Positions 49,325 to 58,952 of a stretch of 64,000 nt of DNA are shown here, piece after piece. Made by a program: the position numbers and the translations under genes. Source of the stretch: Thermoanaerobaculia bacterium. Lineage in GTDB: Bacteria > Acidobacteriota > Thermoanaerobaculia > UBA5066. The notes beneath the pieces were generated by a model. It was not told the DNA's origin. It did not search any database and worked only from the letters and a program-made list of their open reading frames with translations. Position 1 is the first letter of the stretch. Each line of letters opens with the position of its first letter. The stretch lies in NCBI GenBank assembly GCA_035542215.1, contig DATKLW010000082.1, forward strand, positions 1,733 through 65,732. The letters are read 5' to 3'.

Positions 49325-49873
49325 TCACTGGCCGGCGGCCGAGTCGGCTCCGGCGGAGGCGCCGTCGGAAGGGGGGGCGACGGACGCGACCCTCAGGAGC
49401 TCGGCGGCCGAAAGCACGCGGTCGATGTCGAGGAGAAGCACGAACCGGTCCGTGAGGCGCCCGATGCCGAGCAGGTAATCGACGCGCACCGCCGTCCCGA
49501 ATGCGGGCGCCGGCTCGATGTCTCCGGGCAGGACGTCCAGGACCTGGCTCACCGAGTCCGCCATGACGCCCATGACGACCCGCTCGCCCTCGAGGTCGGT
49601 CTCGACGACGACGATGCAGGTCCGGCGCGTGACGGCGCTCGGAGGGAGGCCGAACTTGACCGCGAGGTCGATGACGGGGACGACGCTTCCGCGGAGGTTC
49701 ATGACGCCGCGGACCCACGGCGGCGTCGCCGGGACCCGCGTGACAGCGTCGTATTCGATGATCTCCTTGACGCGGAGAATCCCGATCGCACACTCGTTCC
49801 CGGCGATGAAGAAGCCGAGGTACTGAGCCGAGGCCGTTGGTCCGAGGGTCTCTTCCATCTTCGTTTTCCCCAC
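49325..49873 (-). CDS. cheW: Chemotaxis coupling protein CheW
   Basis: CheW domain: YLGFFIAGNECAIGILRVKEII...PWVRGVMNLRGSVVPVIDL...LLLDIDRVL. Confidence 0.9.
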   Translation of the reverse strand: MGKTKMEETLGPTASAQYLGFFIAGNECAIGILRVKEIIEYDAVTRVPATPPWVRGVMNLRGSVVPVIDLAVKFGLPPSAVTRRTCIVVVETDLEGERVVMGVMADSVSQVLDVLPGDIEPAPAFGTAVRVDYLLGIGRLTDRFVLLLDIDRVLSAAELLRVASVAPPSDGASAGADSAAGQ

Positions 49874-49875
49874 GG

Positions 49876-51510
49876 TCAGGCCCCGCCTGCCGGCGCGGCG
49901 AAGGCCGCCATCTCACCCGACGCACCGAGCGCGGGGCGCCCGGGCACAGCCGCCTCCTGGCGGAGCGGAATTCTCGTCGCATCGACCGGGTGCCGCGCGC
50001 GTCCGGCGTCGGCTTTCCCGGCCCGGAAGAAGGACATGAGCTCCTGGAGCGCCTCGGCCTGGGCCGCCATCTCCTCCGCCGTCGAGGCGAGCTCCTCGGA
50101 CGCCGCCGCGTTGCGCTGCGTGACGTCATCCATCTGCGTCATCGTCCGGTTCATCTGGGAGACGCCCGACGCCTGCTCGGCCGTGGCGGCCGCGACCTCC
50201 TGGACGAGATCGGCGGTCTTCCGGATCGCGGGAACGAGCGCGGAGATGAGCTGGCCCGAGCGCTCGGCGACCCGGACGCTCGAGGATGCGACCTCGGAGA
50301 TCTCCCTGGCGGCTTGCTGACTTCTCTCGGCGAGCTTGCGGACCTCGGTCGCGACGACCGCGAAGCCCCTGCCGTGCTCGCCCGCGCGCGCGGCCTCGAT
50401 CGCGGCGTTGAGCGCGAGGAGGTTCGTCTGATAGGCGATCTCCTCGATGATCACGATCCTCTCCGCAATCGTCTTCATCGCGCGGACGGTCTCCGAGACC
50501 ACGCGGCCGCTCTCCTCGCCCTCCTCGGCTCCACGGCGCGCCATCCGCTCCATCTCGCGGCCGTTCTCGCGGTTCTGGCTGATCGACGCGCTCATCTGCT
50601 CGAGGGACGCCGTCGTCTCCTCGACCGAGGCCGCCTGCTCGCTCGACGACTCCGAGAGCGACTGGCACGACGCGGACACCTGTTGCGCGGCCTGGGCGAC
50701 GGCGCGGGCCCCCTCGTCGACCTGCCCGAGGACACGCCTCAGGGTCTGGGCCATGTCCTGCATCGCCGCGTCGAGCTGGCCTGTCTCGTCGCGGTGGATG
50801 GCGACGTCCTCTCCCCCGAGGTCGCCCCGCGCGATCCGCTCGGCGCGGGCGACGGCCGCCTTCAACGGCACGGCGATGCTCCGTGCGACGGCCCAGCCGA
50901 TCCCCACTGCGAGAAGGGCCGCAAAGACGATGAAGACGGTCATGACCTGGCGGGCGGCACGGACCTTTTGAGCCGCCTCCTCCGTGGCCTGGACGAGGCC
51001 TTCGTTCTGCGCCGCGAGAAACCGGTACCAGGCGGCGCGGTACTCCAGGAGCTTCGGGACCATGACGTCGTGGGCGACCGCCACGGCGGCGTCGCGCTTG
51101 CCGCTTTCGAGGAGACTTCTCGCGTGGGCCCGGCTCTCGAGGTACGGGCTGCGCAGCGCCTTGACCTCGGCGAAAAGCGCCCGGTCGTGGTCGGACGCGA
51201 GGAGGGGCTCGATTTTCGCGAGCCCGGCCCCGATCAGGTTGCTGTTCTCCTGGTTCTGCGCGAGGAGCGCCTGTTCGGGCTGCCCTCCCGAAACGAGGAA
51301 AAGCTGCATCGTGATCCGCGCGTTGTCGACCGAGCGCTCGAGGACCTCGTTCGTGAGCGTCACGAGCGCGAACCGCTCGCGCGTGACCGTCCGGAGGTTC
51401 GTGTCCAGCCGCGTCGTCGTCCTCAAGCCGAACCAGCCGATCGTGAGGGCGAAGACGATGACGATCCCAAACCCGGCGAGGAGCCTTTGCCCGATGCGGA
51501 ACGATCTCAC
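49876..51510 (-). CDS. Methyl-accepting chemotaxis protein (4HB-like sensor + HAMP + MA domain)
   Basis: Start re-set to the GTG at 51510, with a GGAGGG Shine-Dalgarno 6 nt upstream. Two TM helices, HAMP, and the hairpin [42 protein letters not shown]. The 263 upstream codons of the track ORF overlap cheA out of frame. Confidence 0.9.
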   Translation of the reverse strand: MRSFRIGQRLLAGFGIVIVFALTIGWFGLRTTTRLDTNLRTVTRERFALVTLTNEVLERSVDNARITMQLFLVSGGQPEQALLAQNQENSNLIGAGLAKIEPLLASDHDRALFAEVKALRSPYLESRAHARSLLESGKRDAAVAVAHDVMVPKLLEYRAAWYRFLAAQNEGLVQATEEAAQKVRAARQVMTVFIVFAALLAVGIGWAVARSIAVPLKAAVARAERIARGDLGGEDVAIHRDETGQLDAAMQDMAQTLRRVLGQVDEGARAVAQAAQQVSASCQSLSESSSEQAASVEETTASLEQMSASISQNRENGREMERMARRGAEEGEESGRVVSETVRAMKTIAERIVIIEEIAYQTNLLALNAAIEAARAGEHGRGFAVVATEVRKLAERSQQAAREISEVASSSVRVAERSGQLISALVPAIRKTADLVQEVAAATAEQASGVSQMNRTMTQMDDVTQRNAAASEELASTAEEMAAQAEALQELMSFFRAGKADAGRARHPVDATRIPLRQEAAVPGRPALGASGEMAAFAAPAGGA

Positions 51511-51512
51511 GC

Positions 51513-53219
51513 TTACCCTCCAATTGCGGCGAGGGTCCCGTGCGGGTCGGCCGTGTCGGGAGCCCGCTCGTTCAGGACCTGCTTGAGAAGCTTCGAAACG
51601 TCGAGGATCAGCGCTGCGCGCCCGTCCCCGAGGATGGCGCTTCCCGCGACGGCCACGACGCCGCGGAAGAGCGCCCCGAGAGGCTTGATGACGACCTGGT
51701 GCCCGCCGAGGAGCGCGTCCACGACGAACCCGGCCTGGCCCGACTCGCTCCGGACCACGACGACGTTCTCGCGCGCGGAGGGCGGCCCGTCGATGTCGAA
51801 ATGCTCGCGGAGTCTCAGCCATGGAAGCGGAACGCCGCGGAGGCCCATGAGGCCCGAGAGGCCCGCTCCGCGGGCGTCCGCCGGGAGATCGAGGCACTCG
51901 ACGACGGAGTCCATCGGGAGGACGAACGACTCGCCCGCCGCGCGGACCACGAAGCCGTCGATGAGGGCGAGCGTGAGCGGCAGGCGGATCCGAAACGTCG
52001 TCCCGCGGCCCGGCTCGCTCTGCACCTCGATGGAGCCCCGAAGCGCCTCGACGTCGCGGAGGACGACGTCCATCCCGACGCCGCGGCCCGACAGTTCCGT
52101 GATGCCGGCGGCCGTCGAGACGCCGGGCGCGAAGACGAGCTCGAAGGCTTCGGATCCACGCGGCTCGTCGGTCCCGACGAGCCCCAGCGCGCGGGCGCGC
52201 TCGACAAGGAGCCGGCGGTTGATGCCGGCGCCGTCGTCGGAGAGCTCGATCACGATCGCGCCCGCGTCGTGGTACGCGCGGATCCGGAGCGTGCCCCACG
52301 GCGTCTTGCCGGCGGCTGTCCTCACGTCCGGCGCCTCGATCCCGTGGTCGACCGCGTTCCGCACCATGTGGGTGAGGGGGTCGCGGATCTTCTCGATGAC
52401 GCGCATGTCGAGCTCGATCTCGCCGCCGTCGATCGAAAGCCGGACCTGCTTGCCGAGCGCCCGAGACACGTCGCGCACCGTGCGCGCAAACTGGTGAAGC
52501 GTCGGGCCGATCGGGATCATGCGGATGCGCGTGACGAGCTCCTGGAGGTCCGCCTCGAGCGTGTCGGCCTCGCGGTGGATCTCGAGGGCCTTGCCGGCCT
52601 CGGGCGTCCCGCCGTGTTCGAGGTGCTGCCGCAGCCGGCCCCGCAAGACCGCGATCTCCCCGACGAGGTCGAGCATCTGGTCGAGCTTCTCGACGTCGAC
52701 GCGCAGCGTGCGCGTGGGGAGGTTCAGGTCGGGAACCTCGTTCGCGCGGTCCGCCGCGCGGCGGCGCGGGTGCACGACGGCCGCGGCGCGGGTCGCGCCC
52801 GGCGCGTCCTGCTCCCGCGCGCTGGACACGCGCGCGAGGAGCGCGCGATGGGACGGCTGCATCTCGTCGAGCCCGCTCGCGGCGTCGGCGAGGAGTTGGC
52901 GGAGTGCGTCGACGGACTCGAGGAGGAGCGTCACGAGCTCCGGCGTGACGGCCAGGCTCCGGTTGCGGACGCGCTCGAGGAGGTCCTCGAGGATGTGAGT
53001 GAACTCGGTGAGGGCGCTGAAGCCGAGGGTGGCCGAGTTTCCCTTCAGGGTGTGCGCGGCACGGAAGATCGCCTGAAGGAGCTCGTCGTCGCCCGGGTGC
53101 TCCTCGAGCGCCACGAGCGCCTCCTCCATCTGGACGAGGCGCTCCTCGGCTTCCGCCAGGAACACTCCCAGAAGGGCCTTGCGGTCGAACTCGGAGCCGG
53201 ACGCGTCGCTCGTCGTCAC
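51513..53219 (-). CDS. cheA: Chemotaxis histidine kinase CheA (Hpt, dimerisation, HATPase and CheW-like domains; no fused REC)
   Basis: The GTG at 53219 is in a GTGA overlap with the cheD stop. Hpt motif [17 protein letters not shown] box [14 protein letters not shown]1 DDGAGI, G2 [10 protein letters not shown], and a C-terminal CheW-like P5 domain. Confidence 0.9.
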   Translation of the reverse strand: MTTSDASGSEFDRKALLGVFLAEAEERLVQMEEALVALEEHPGDDELLQAIFRAAHTLKGNSATLGFSALTEFTHILEDLLERVRNRSLAVTPELVTLLLESVDALRQLLADAASGLDEMQPSHRALLARVSSAREQDAPGATRAAAVVHPRRRAADRANEVPDLNLPTRTLRVDVEKLDQMLDLVGEIAVLRGRLRQHLEHGGTPEAGKALEIHREADTLEADLQELVTRIRMIPIGPTLHQFARTVRDVSRALGKQVRLSIDGGEIELDMRVIEKIRDPLTHMVRNAVDHGIEAPDVRTAAGKTPWGTLRIRAYHDAGAIVIELSDDGAGINRRLLVERARALGLVGTDEPRGSEAFELVFAPGVSTAAGITELSGRGVGMDVVLRDVEALRGSIEVQSEPGRGTTFRIRLPLTLALIDGFVVRAAGESFVLPMDSVVECLDLPADARGAGLSGLMGLRGVPLPWLRLREHFDIDGPPSARENVVVVRSESGQAGFVVDALLGGHQVVIKPLGALFRGVVAVAGSAILGDGRAALILDVSKLLKQVLNERAPDTADPHGTLAAIGG

Positions 53220-53743
53220 AGCGTCTTCACCGAGACGTCTCCCGACGCGGTCCGGAAGACGATCTTGCGGCCTCGCGTCCCGCCGACCTCGCTCTGGACG
53301 ACGGGGATTCCCGCTTCCTCGAGGAACTCGAGCGCGACGGCGACGTTCTGCGCGCCGATCGGGACCCGGTCGCCCGCCGGCTCGAACTGCGATGCGCCGC
53401 CGAAAACGCGCGCGGTCAGGTTCCGGCGCTCGCAGCCGAGCGTGAGGATTCTCTCGAGGAGGATCTCCATCGCGCTGCGCCCGAAGCGGCCCGCGGAGCT
53501 CTCGTCGCGCGTCCGGTGGGGGAGCAGGAAATGGTTCAGGCCGCCGTGCCGGGTCGCGCCGTCCCAGAAGCACACGCAGACGCACGAGCCGAGGACTGTC
53601 GAGACGGCGAGCGCATCGGCCGTCACGAGCAGCTCGCCCGGATAGAGATACACGCTGGGGACCCCCTGGTCCTCCCGGCCCGCCGGGCGCTCGTTCCGCG
53701 CGAGGGCGCGTGCGAGAGGCGTGGGGACGCGGGAGTCCGCCAT
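53216..53743 (-). CDS. cheD: Chemoreceptor glutamine deamidase CheD
   Basis: The ATG at 53743 gives [10 protein letters not shown]...[13 protein letters not shown]...GGLNHFLLP...[11 protein letters not shown], the CheD signature. It overlaps the upstream stop by 1 nt. Confidence 0.85.
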   Translation of the reverse strand: MADSRVPTPLARALARNERPAGREDQGVPSVYLYPGELLVTADALAVSTVLGSCVCVCFWDGATRHGGLNHFLLPHRTRDESSAGRFGRSAMEILLERILTLGCERRNLTARVFGGASQFEPAGDRVPIGAQNVAVALEFLEEAGIPVVQSEVGGTRGRKIVFRTASGDVSVKTL

Positions 53744-54501
53744 CAGTGCTTTCTGCCAGCGGACGTGCCGGAAAGCAGGGCCGACGAGGCGAGGGCGGTG
53801 CCGGCCTCGGCCGCGAGAAGGTTCAGGAGGTCGTGGTCGATGGGCTCGAGCCGCCCGGCCTTCTGCGGGAGAAGGTTGAACAGCGTGATGACGAAGGCGA
53901 CCGAGTCGCGGAATTTCACGGGGAAGCATGCGGTGATGCCTTCGCCGTCGACGCCCGGCGCAACGGGCAGGTAGGGCTGTCCGGTCAGCGCCGTGCGGCC
54001 GATGGAGCCCTCTCCGAGGGCGATCTCGGCGGCGCCGAGCGCCTCGGCGCCCTTCGAGGCCGCCAGCGTGAGCCTGCCGTCCTTGACCTCGAAAACGGCG
54101 ACCTGTTCGCAGCCGACGAGGAACTCGATGATGTCGATGATGACGGCGAGGATCTCCTCGCGCTGGAGCGAAGAGTGGAGGCGCACGCTTGCGACGTAGA
54201 GGTTGGCGAGCGCCGTGTTCTGCTGCTCGACGAGGACGTACTCCTCGACGTAGCGCCGGTTTTCCGCGGCGATCTCCGCGAGCTTCCGCTCGAGCTTGAC
54301 CTCCTCGAGCTTGTGCCGGTCGATCGTCTCGCGGTTTGTGAGGAGCTCTTCCTCCAGCCGCGCTTTGTCGAGCTGGAGGGTCGCGGACGCGACGCGGAGC
54401 TTCTCGTTCTCGCCCAGCAGATCCTGGACGTAACGGTGGGTGTCCGCCTGGACGCGCCGGACGTAGGCCTCGAGCGAATCGCGTTCTCCGGTCGGCGCCA
54501 T
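53743..54501 (-). CDS. Coiled-coil + GAF-like domain protein (paralog B, 252 aa)
   Basis: The ATG at 54501 lies 1 nt after the cheY stop. The N-terminal ~110 aa are heptad-rich (LRVASATLQLDKARLEEELL...LERKLAEIAAENRRY) and end in ALANLYVAS. The C-terminal ~130 aa are GAF-like (ILAVIIDIIEFLVGCEQVAVFEV...GSIGRTALTGQPY...LLNLLAAEAGTAL). Confidence 0.65.
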   Translation of the reverse strand: MAPTGERDSLEAYVRRVQADTHRYVQDLLGENEKLRVASATLQLDKARLEEELLTNRETIDRHKLEEVKLERKLAEIAAENRRYVEEYVLVEQQNTALANLYVASVRLHSSLQREEILAVIIDIIEFLVGCEQVAVFEVKDGRLTLAASKGAEALGAAEIALGEGSIGRTALTGQPYLPVAPGVDGEGITACFPVKFRDSVAFVITLFNLLPQKAGRLEPIDHDLLNLLAAEAGTALASSALLSGTSAGRKH

Positions 54502-54502
54502 C

Positions 54503-54874
54503 TCAGTCCCCCAGCACATTGCGGACTTTGGTCAGGAGCTCGAGCCCGTTGACCGGCTTCGTGACGTAGTCGGCGGCGCCGGCCGTGAAGCCGCTCTCGA
54601 CGCTCTCGCCCTCGCCGCGGGTCGTGACCATGATCACGGGAATCGCCTTCGTCTCGTCTCGCCCCTTGAGCGCCGCGCAGGCTTCGAAGCCGTTCATCTT
54701 CGGCATGACGACGTCGAGAAGGACGAGGTCGGGCCGCTCGCGGACAGCGGCCTCGACGCCCTGCTGCCCGTCCTTGGCGACGAGGAGCTCGTAGTTCGCC
54801 TTGCTCAGGATCATCTTGGCCATCATCAAGCTCGTCTCCGAGTCGTCGACGAGCAGGATCCGTTTCCGCGCCAT
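54503..54874 (-). CDS. cheY: Single-domain CheY-like response regulator
   Basis: The ATG at 54874 has AAGGAGG upstream. Sequence MARKRILLVDDSETSLMM...DLVLLDVVMPKMNG...PVIMVTT...DYVTKP. Confidence 0.88.
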   Translation of the reverse strand: MARKRILLVDDSETSLMMAKMILSKANYELLVAKDGQQGVEAAVRERPDLVLLDVVMPKMNGFEACAALKGRDETKAIPVIMVTTRGEGESVESGFTAGAADYVTKPVNGLELLTKVRNVLGD

Positions 54875-54932
54875 GGGGGTGGCCTCCTTGTCTCTCTGGT
54901 CTCTGGGGTTCTCGGTCGGGGTCATCACGCGC

Positions 54933-55724
54933 TCAGCTCTTCACGAGGTCGAGGAACTTCTGCACCGTCTTCAGCTTGCGATCCACGGAGACGTAGCACT
55001 GCGAGGAGACGAGGGCGACCGCCGCCTGCTCCCCGACGAGGTCGAACAGCTTGCGGTCCAGCTCGGAGAAGCTCTTCTTGTGCGAAAGCAGCGCGTAGAT
55101 CGTGAGGACGCCGACGAGGCGGTCGCTCAGGAACAGGGGCGTGCAGCAGATCGGGCCTCGCGCCGCGGGGGCGGTCCCGTTCGTCTCGGCGAACACGGTC
55201 TGGCGCCGCGCGACGGCGTCGCGCTCGAGGCCGTGGGTCAGGGCCGCGAGATGGGTGATGTTCGGGGGAAGGTCGCCTTCCCGGGCCGCAATCACGAAGT
55301 CGTTCCGCACGTCGTCGACGAGATAGACGACGAACTCGCCGGCTCCGATCAGGTTGATCGCGATGTCCGCGATTGCGCGGACGACGGCGGCGGGGTCGAG
55401 CGTCACGTGGAGCTGGAAGGTCGCGGCGTAGAGGTTTGCAAGGCTGGTGGCGTGCTCCTCGAGGTCGGCGTACCGTCGCGCGAGGTCGAGGTTCTCCTCC
55501 GCGAGCGAGAGGGCTTCGCGGCTCAGCCGCTCGTGCTCGCCCTTCTCGACCTCGACGTCCTTCTCGAGCATCGACTCGGCCATCGCGATGTCGGACTCGA
55601 GGCTCTGGACCCGGCCCCGGAGGCGCTCGTTCTCGCGCATGAGGTCGTCGCGGAGCTCGCGGCTCCGCTCGGCCAGCTCGTGGAAGAGCCCCCGGACCGC
55701 CTCGGCACGATCGGGCGCCGTCAT
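54933..55724 (-). CDS. Coiled-coil + GAF-like domain protein (paralog A, 263 aa)
   Basis: The ATG at 55724 is in an ATGA overlap with the upstream gene. Same architecture as 53743-54501: a coiled coil ending in SLANLYAAT, then a GAF-like region (VVRAIADIAINLIGAGEFVVYLV...LFDLVGEQAAVAL). Confidence 0.65.
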   Translation of the reverse strand: MTAPDRAEAVRGLFHELAERSRELRDDLMRENERLRGRVQSLESDIAMAESMLEKDVEVEKGEHERLSREALSLAEENLDLARRYADLEEHATSLANLYAATFQLHVTLDPAAVVRAIADIAINLIGAGEFVVYLVDDVRNDFVIAAREGDLPPNITHLAALTHGLERDAVARRQTVFAETNGTAPAARGPICCTPLFLSDRLVGVLTIYALLSHKKSFSELDRKLFDLVGEQAAVALVSSQCYVSVDRKLKTVQKFLDLVKS

Positions 55725-56953
55725 CGCGGCCTCTTGAGGAGGGCCGAGCGATCCGCGGCGGCACGCTTGGCGAGCTCGCGCAGCGCGGCGTTCTCGAGCG
55801 TCACGGAGACCTGGCGCGCGAGCGCGATGAGAGCCCTCGCGTCCGGAGCGCCCGAGAGCGCCGAGCGGCAGAAGAGGATCAGCGAAACGTCGCCGAGGAC
55901 GAAAAGCGGGACGGCGAGGACGACGCGCGCTCCGGAGGCGGCCGAGGGGCCGACGGGCTCGAGGCCACCCGAGGAGTTCCGGGCCACGAAGCCGACGTAG
56001 GGCCGGCGGCTCATCGCGATCGTCTCGAAGAGGGGGCACTCGCCCGCCGCGAAGAAGGTCTTCGCTTCGCTCGGGCGCCCCTCGGACCAGGCGAACGCCT
56101 CGCCGAACTGGCCGAGAACGCGGAACCCGTCTTTTGCACGGAGCACGAGGCCGCCGTCCGCGTAGAGCTCCGCGGCGTACCGGAGAAGCAGGAGGCCGAT
56201 CTCGCCGCGGCTCGTCGCGACGAAGAGCTCCTCGCTGATCGAAAGATACGAGGCGGCAGTTCGGGCGCCGAGCGTGTCCTCCGCCTCGGGAAGAGCGGGT
56301 GCGCCCTCGTCGAACCAGCGGATGATCTTCTCGGCGTCTTCCTCGACCTCGCGGGCGTGCGCGCCGGGCTCGTCGATGGCCGCGGGCGGATTCCCGGCGC
56401 CCGCTCCGCTCCGGTTCCGGCGGTCCTGCAGCAGGCTCGCCTCGAGGAGGAGGTGGCGCGGCTCGACGCCCTTCTCATGGACGAGGTCGAGCGCGAGCTG
56501 CGACGTCCCGTGCGGAAGCGCGAGAGCGCCGACGCGGAATTCGAAGTCCGTGTTCGTCCAGGCCGTAAGCCGCTCGATCGTCTCGGCCATCTGCGCCTTG
56601 ACGACTTCCTCGATCCGGGCCCGGCGGACGTACGAGAGCTCGACGAGCGCGTCGCCGAGCCGCATCCCCGGGCACTGGGCGAGGTACTGGAGCGCTTCTC
56701 TCACGTCGTTCTGCGTGAGGTCGCCGCTCTCGATGAGCCGGTCCCCGAGCGACTGGTAGGACTCCGTGCAGGTCGTCTGGATGATGGCGCCGCCGCGGAA
56801 CGCGATGAGTGCTTTCTGTCCGTCTCCGCGGTGCAGGAGGAGCGCGCCCGTCTTCGAGCTGACCTGGAGGACCTGGATGATGTCCGCCAGCGGGACGTCT
56901 TCGAGCCTTCCCGCGAAGGCGTTCTCGGAGGCCTCGACCTCGACGACCGTCAT
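55721..56953 (-). CDS. PATAN (DUF4388) domain protein with tandem T2SSE_N/MshEN-like motifs and a C-terminal GAF-like domain
   Basis: The ATG at 56953 is in an ATGA overlap with the upstream REC gene. GRLEDVPLADIIQVLQVSSKTGALLLHRGDGQKALIAFRGGAII matches the DUF4388/PATAN pattern. This is followed by SLGDRLIESGDLTQNDVREALQYL and RLGDALVELSYVRRARIEEVVKAQ. The C-terminal ~170 aa are GAF-like. Confidence 0.7.
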   Translation of the reverse strand: MTVVEVEASENAFAGRLEDVPLADIIQVLQVSSKTGALLLHRGDGQKALIAFRGGAIIQTTCTESYQSLGDRLIESGDLTQNDVREALQYLAQCPGMRLGDALVELSYVRRARIEEVVKAQMAETIERLTAWTNTDFEFRVGALALPHGTSQLALDLVHEKGVEPRHLLLEASLLQDRRNRSGAGAGNPPAAIDEPGAHAREVEEDAEKIIRWFDEGAPALPEAEDTLGARTAASYLSISEELFVATSRGEIGLLLLRYAAELYADGGLVLRAKDGFRVLGQFGEAFAWSEGRPSEAKTFFAAGECPLFETIAMSRRPYVGFVARNSSGGLEPVGPSAASGARVVLAVPLFVLGDVSLILFCRSALSGAPDARALIALARQVSVTLENAALRELAKRAAADRSALLKRPR

Positions 56954-57330
56954 GGCCGGGCCTCTCCGGCCAGCGCGAGCCGGAGGCGCTCGAGCGACAC
57001 GGGCTTCTCGAAGTAGAACGTCGCCCCGAGCCGCAATGCTTTCTCCATGACCGTGGGGTTTCCGAAGCCCGTCAGGACGATGACGGGGCATTTCGGGCGG
57101 AGACGCCTGCAGGCGGACAGGACCTCGAGGCCGAGCGTCCTCTCGTCCCCGCCCAGGTGAAGGTCCGTGATGATCGCGCGATACTCGCGCCGCGCGAGGA
57201 CCGCGAGGGCTGCGCGGGCGGAATCGGCCGTGTCGACGCGGAAATCCATCTGCTCGAGTGCTCGGCTGAGCATGAAGAGAACCGAGGGGCTGTCATCGAC
57301 GATGAGAACTCGAGGGGCTTCGCGCCGCAC
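56950..57330 (-). CDS. Single-domain response-regulator receiver (first gene of the che-like operon)
   Basis: RVLIVDDSPSVLFML...AIITDLHLGG...VIVLTGFG...YFEKP. Start preferred at the GTG at 57330, with GGAG 5 nt upstream. The track start (TTG 57369) is possible. Confidence 0.85.
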   Translation of the reverse strand: MRREAPRVLIVDDSPSVLFMLSRALEQMDFRVDTADSARAALAVLARREYRAIITDLHLGGDERTLGLEVLSACRRLRPKCPVIVLTGFGNPTVMEKALRLGATFYFEKPVSLERLRLALAGEARP

Positions 57331-57409
57331 CGCGACTCCAGCCCGACGATTCGTTGCTGATATCCCCAATGAAGGCCTTCCTCCGCGGACTTGATCCGCC
57401 CGGAGTCAG

Positions 57410-57425
57410 TGCACGGCCCGCGCCA
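57410..57425 (-). promoter_or_regulatory. Candidate sigma-54 (-24/-12) promoter of the che-like operon
   Basis: The minus strand reads TGGCGC-GGGCC-GTGCA, against the consensus TGGCAC-N5-TTGCA. It lies in the 224-bp gap between the NtrC-family gene and the first operon gene, about 70-80 nt upstream of the start codon. Confidence 0.5.
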
Positions 57426-57593
57426 GATTTCCCCCTGCGATCGGGCTTCCTTACAAGTCGATCAAAGCCAATGCTTTGGCGGAGAATTCAACGCCGCTCG
57501 GGCGGGGACGATGTGTGTCGGGGAGCAGGTGGACGATGTCGGAATTTCCGGCACGTCGCGAAATCCGGCAGGCGTTTGCCCGTCGGCGCGGCG

Positions 57594-58948
<1,355 letters not shown>

Positions 58949-58952
<4 letters not shown>

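Noticed and set aside
49837-53645. Plus-strand ORFs of 886 aa (49837-52497) and 701 aa (51540-53645) antisense to the MCP, cheA and cheD genes
   Set aside because: Low-complexity shadow ORFs. The minus strand carries unmistakable MCP and CheA signatures.
57463-57572. Calling specific enhancer (UAS) sites for the NtrC-type activator
   Set aside because: One 6-bp-arm inverted repeat (CAAAGC-N4-GCTTTG) and two TCCGGCA direct repeats are present, but they are short and could arise by chance in this composition. They are mentioned only as candidates within the promoter finding.
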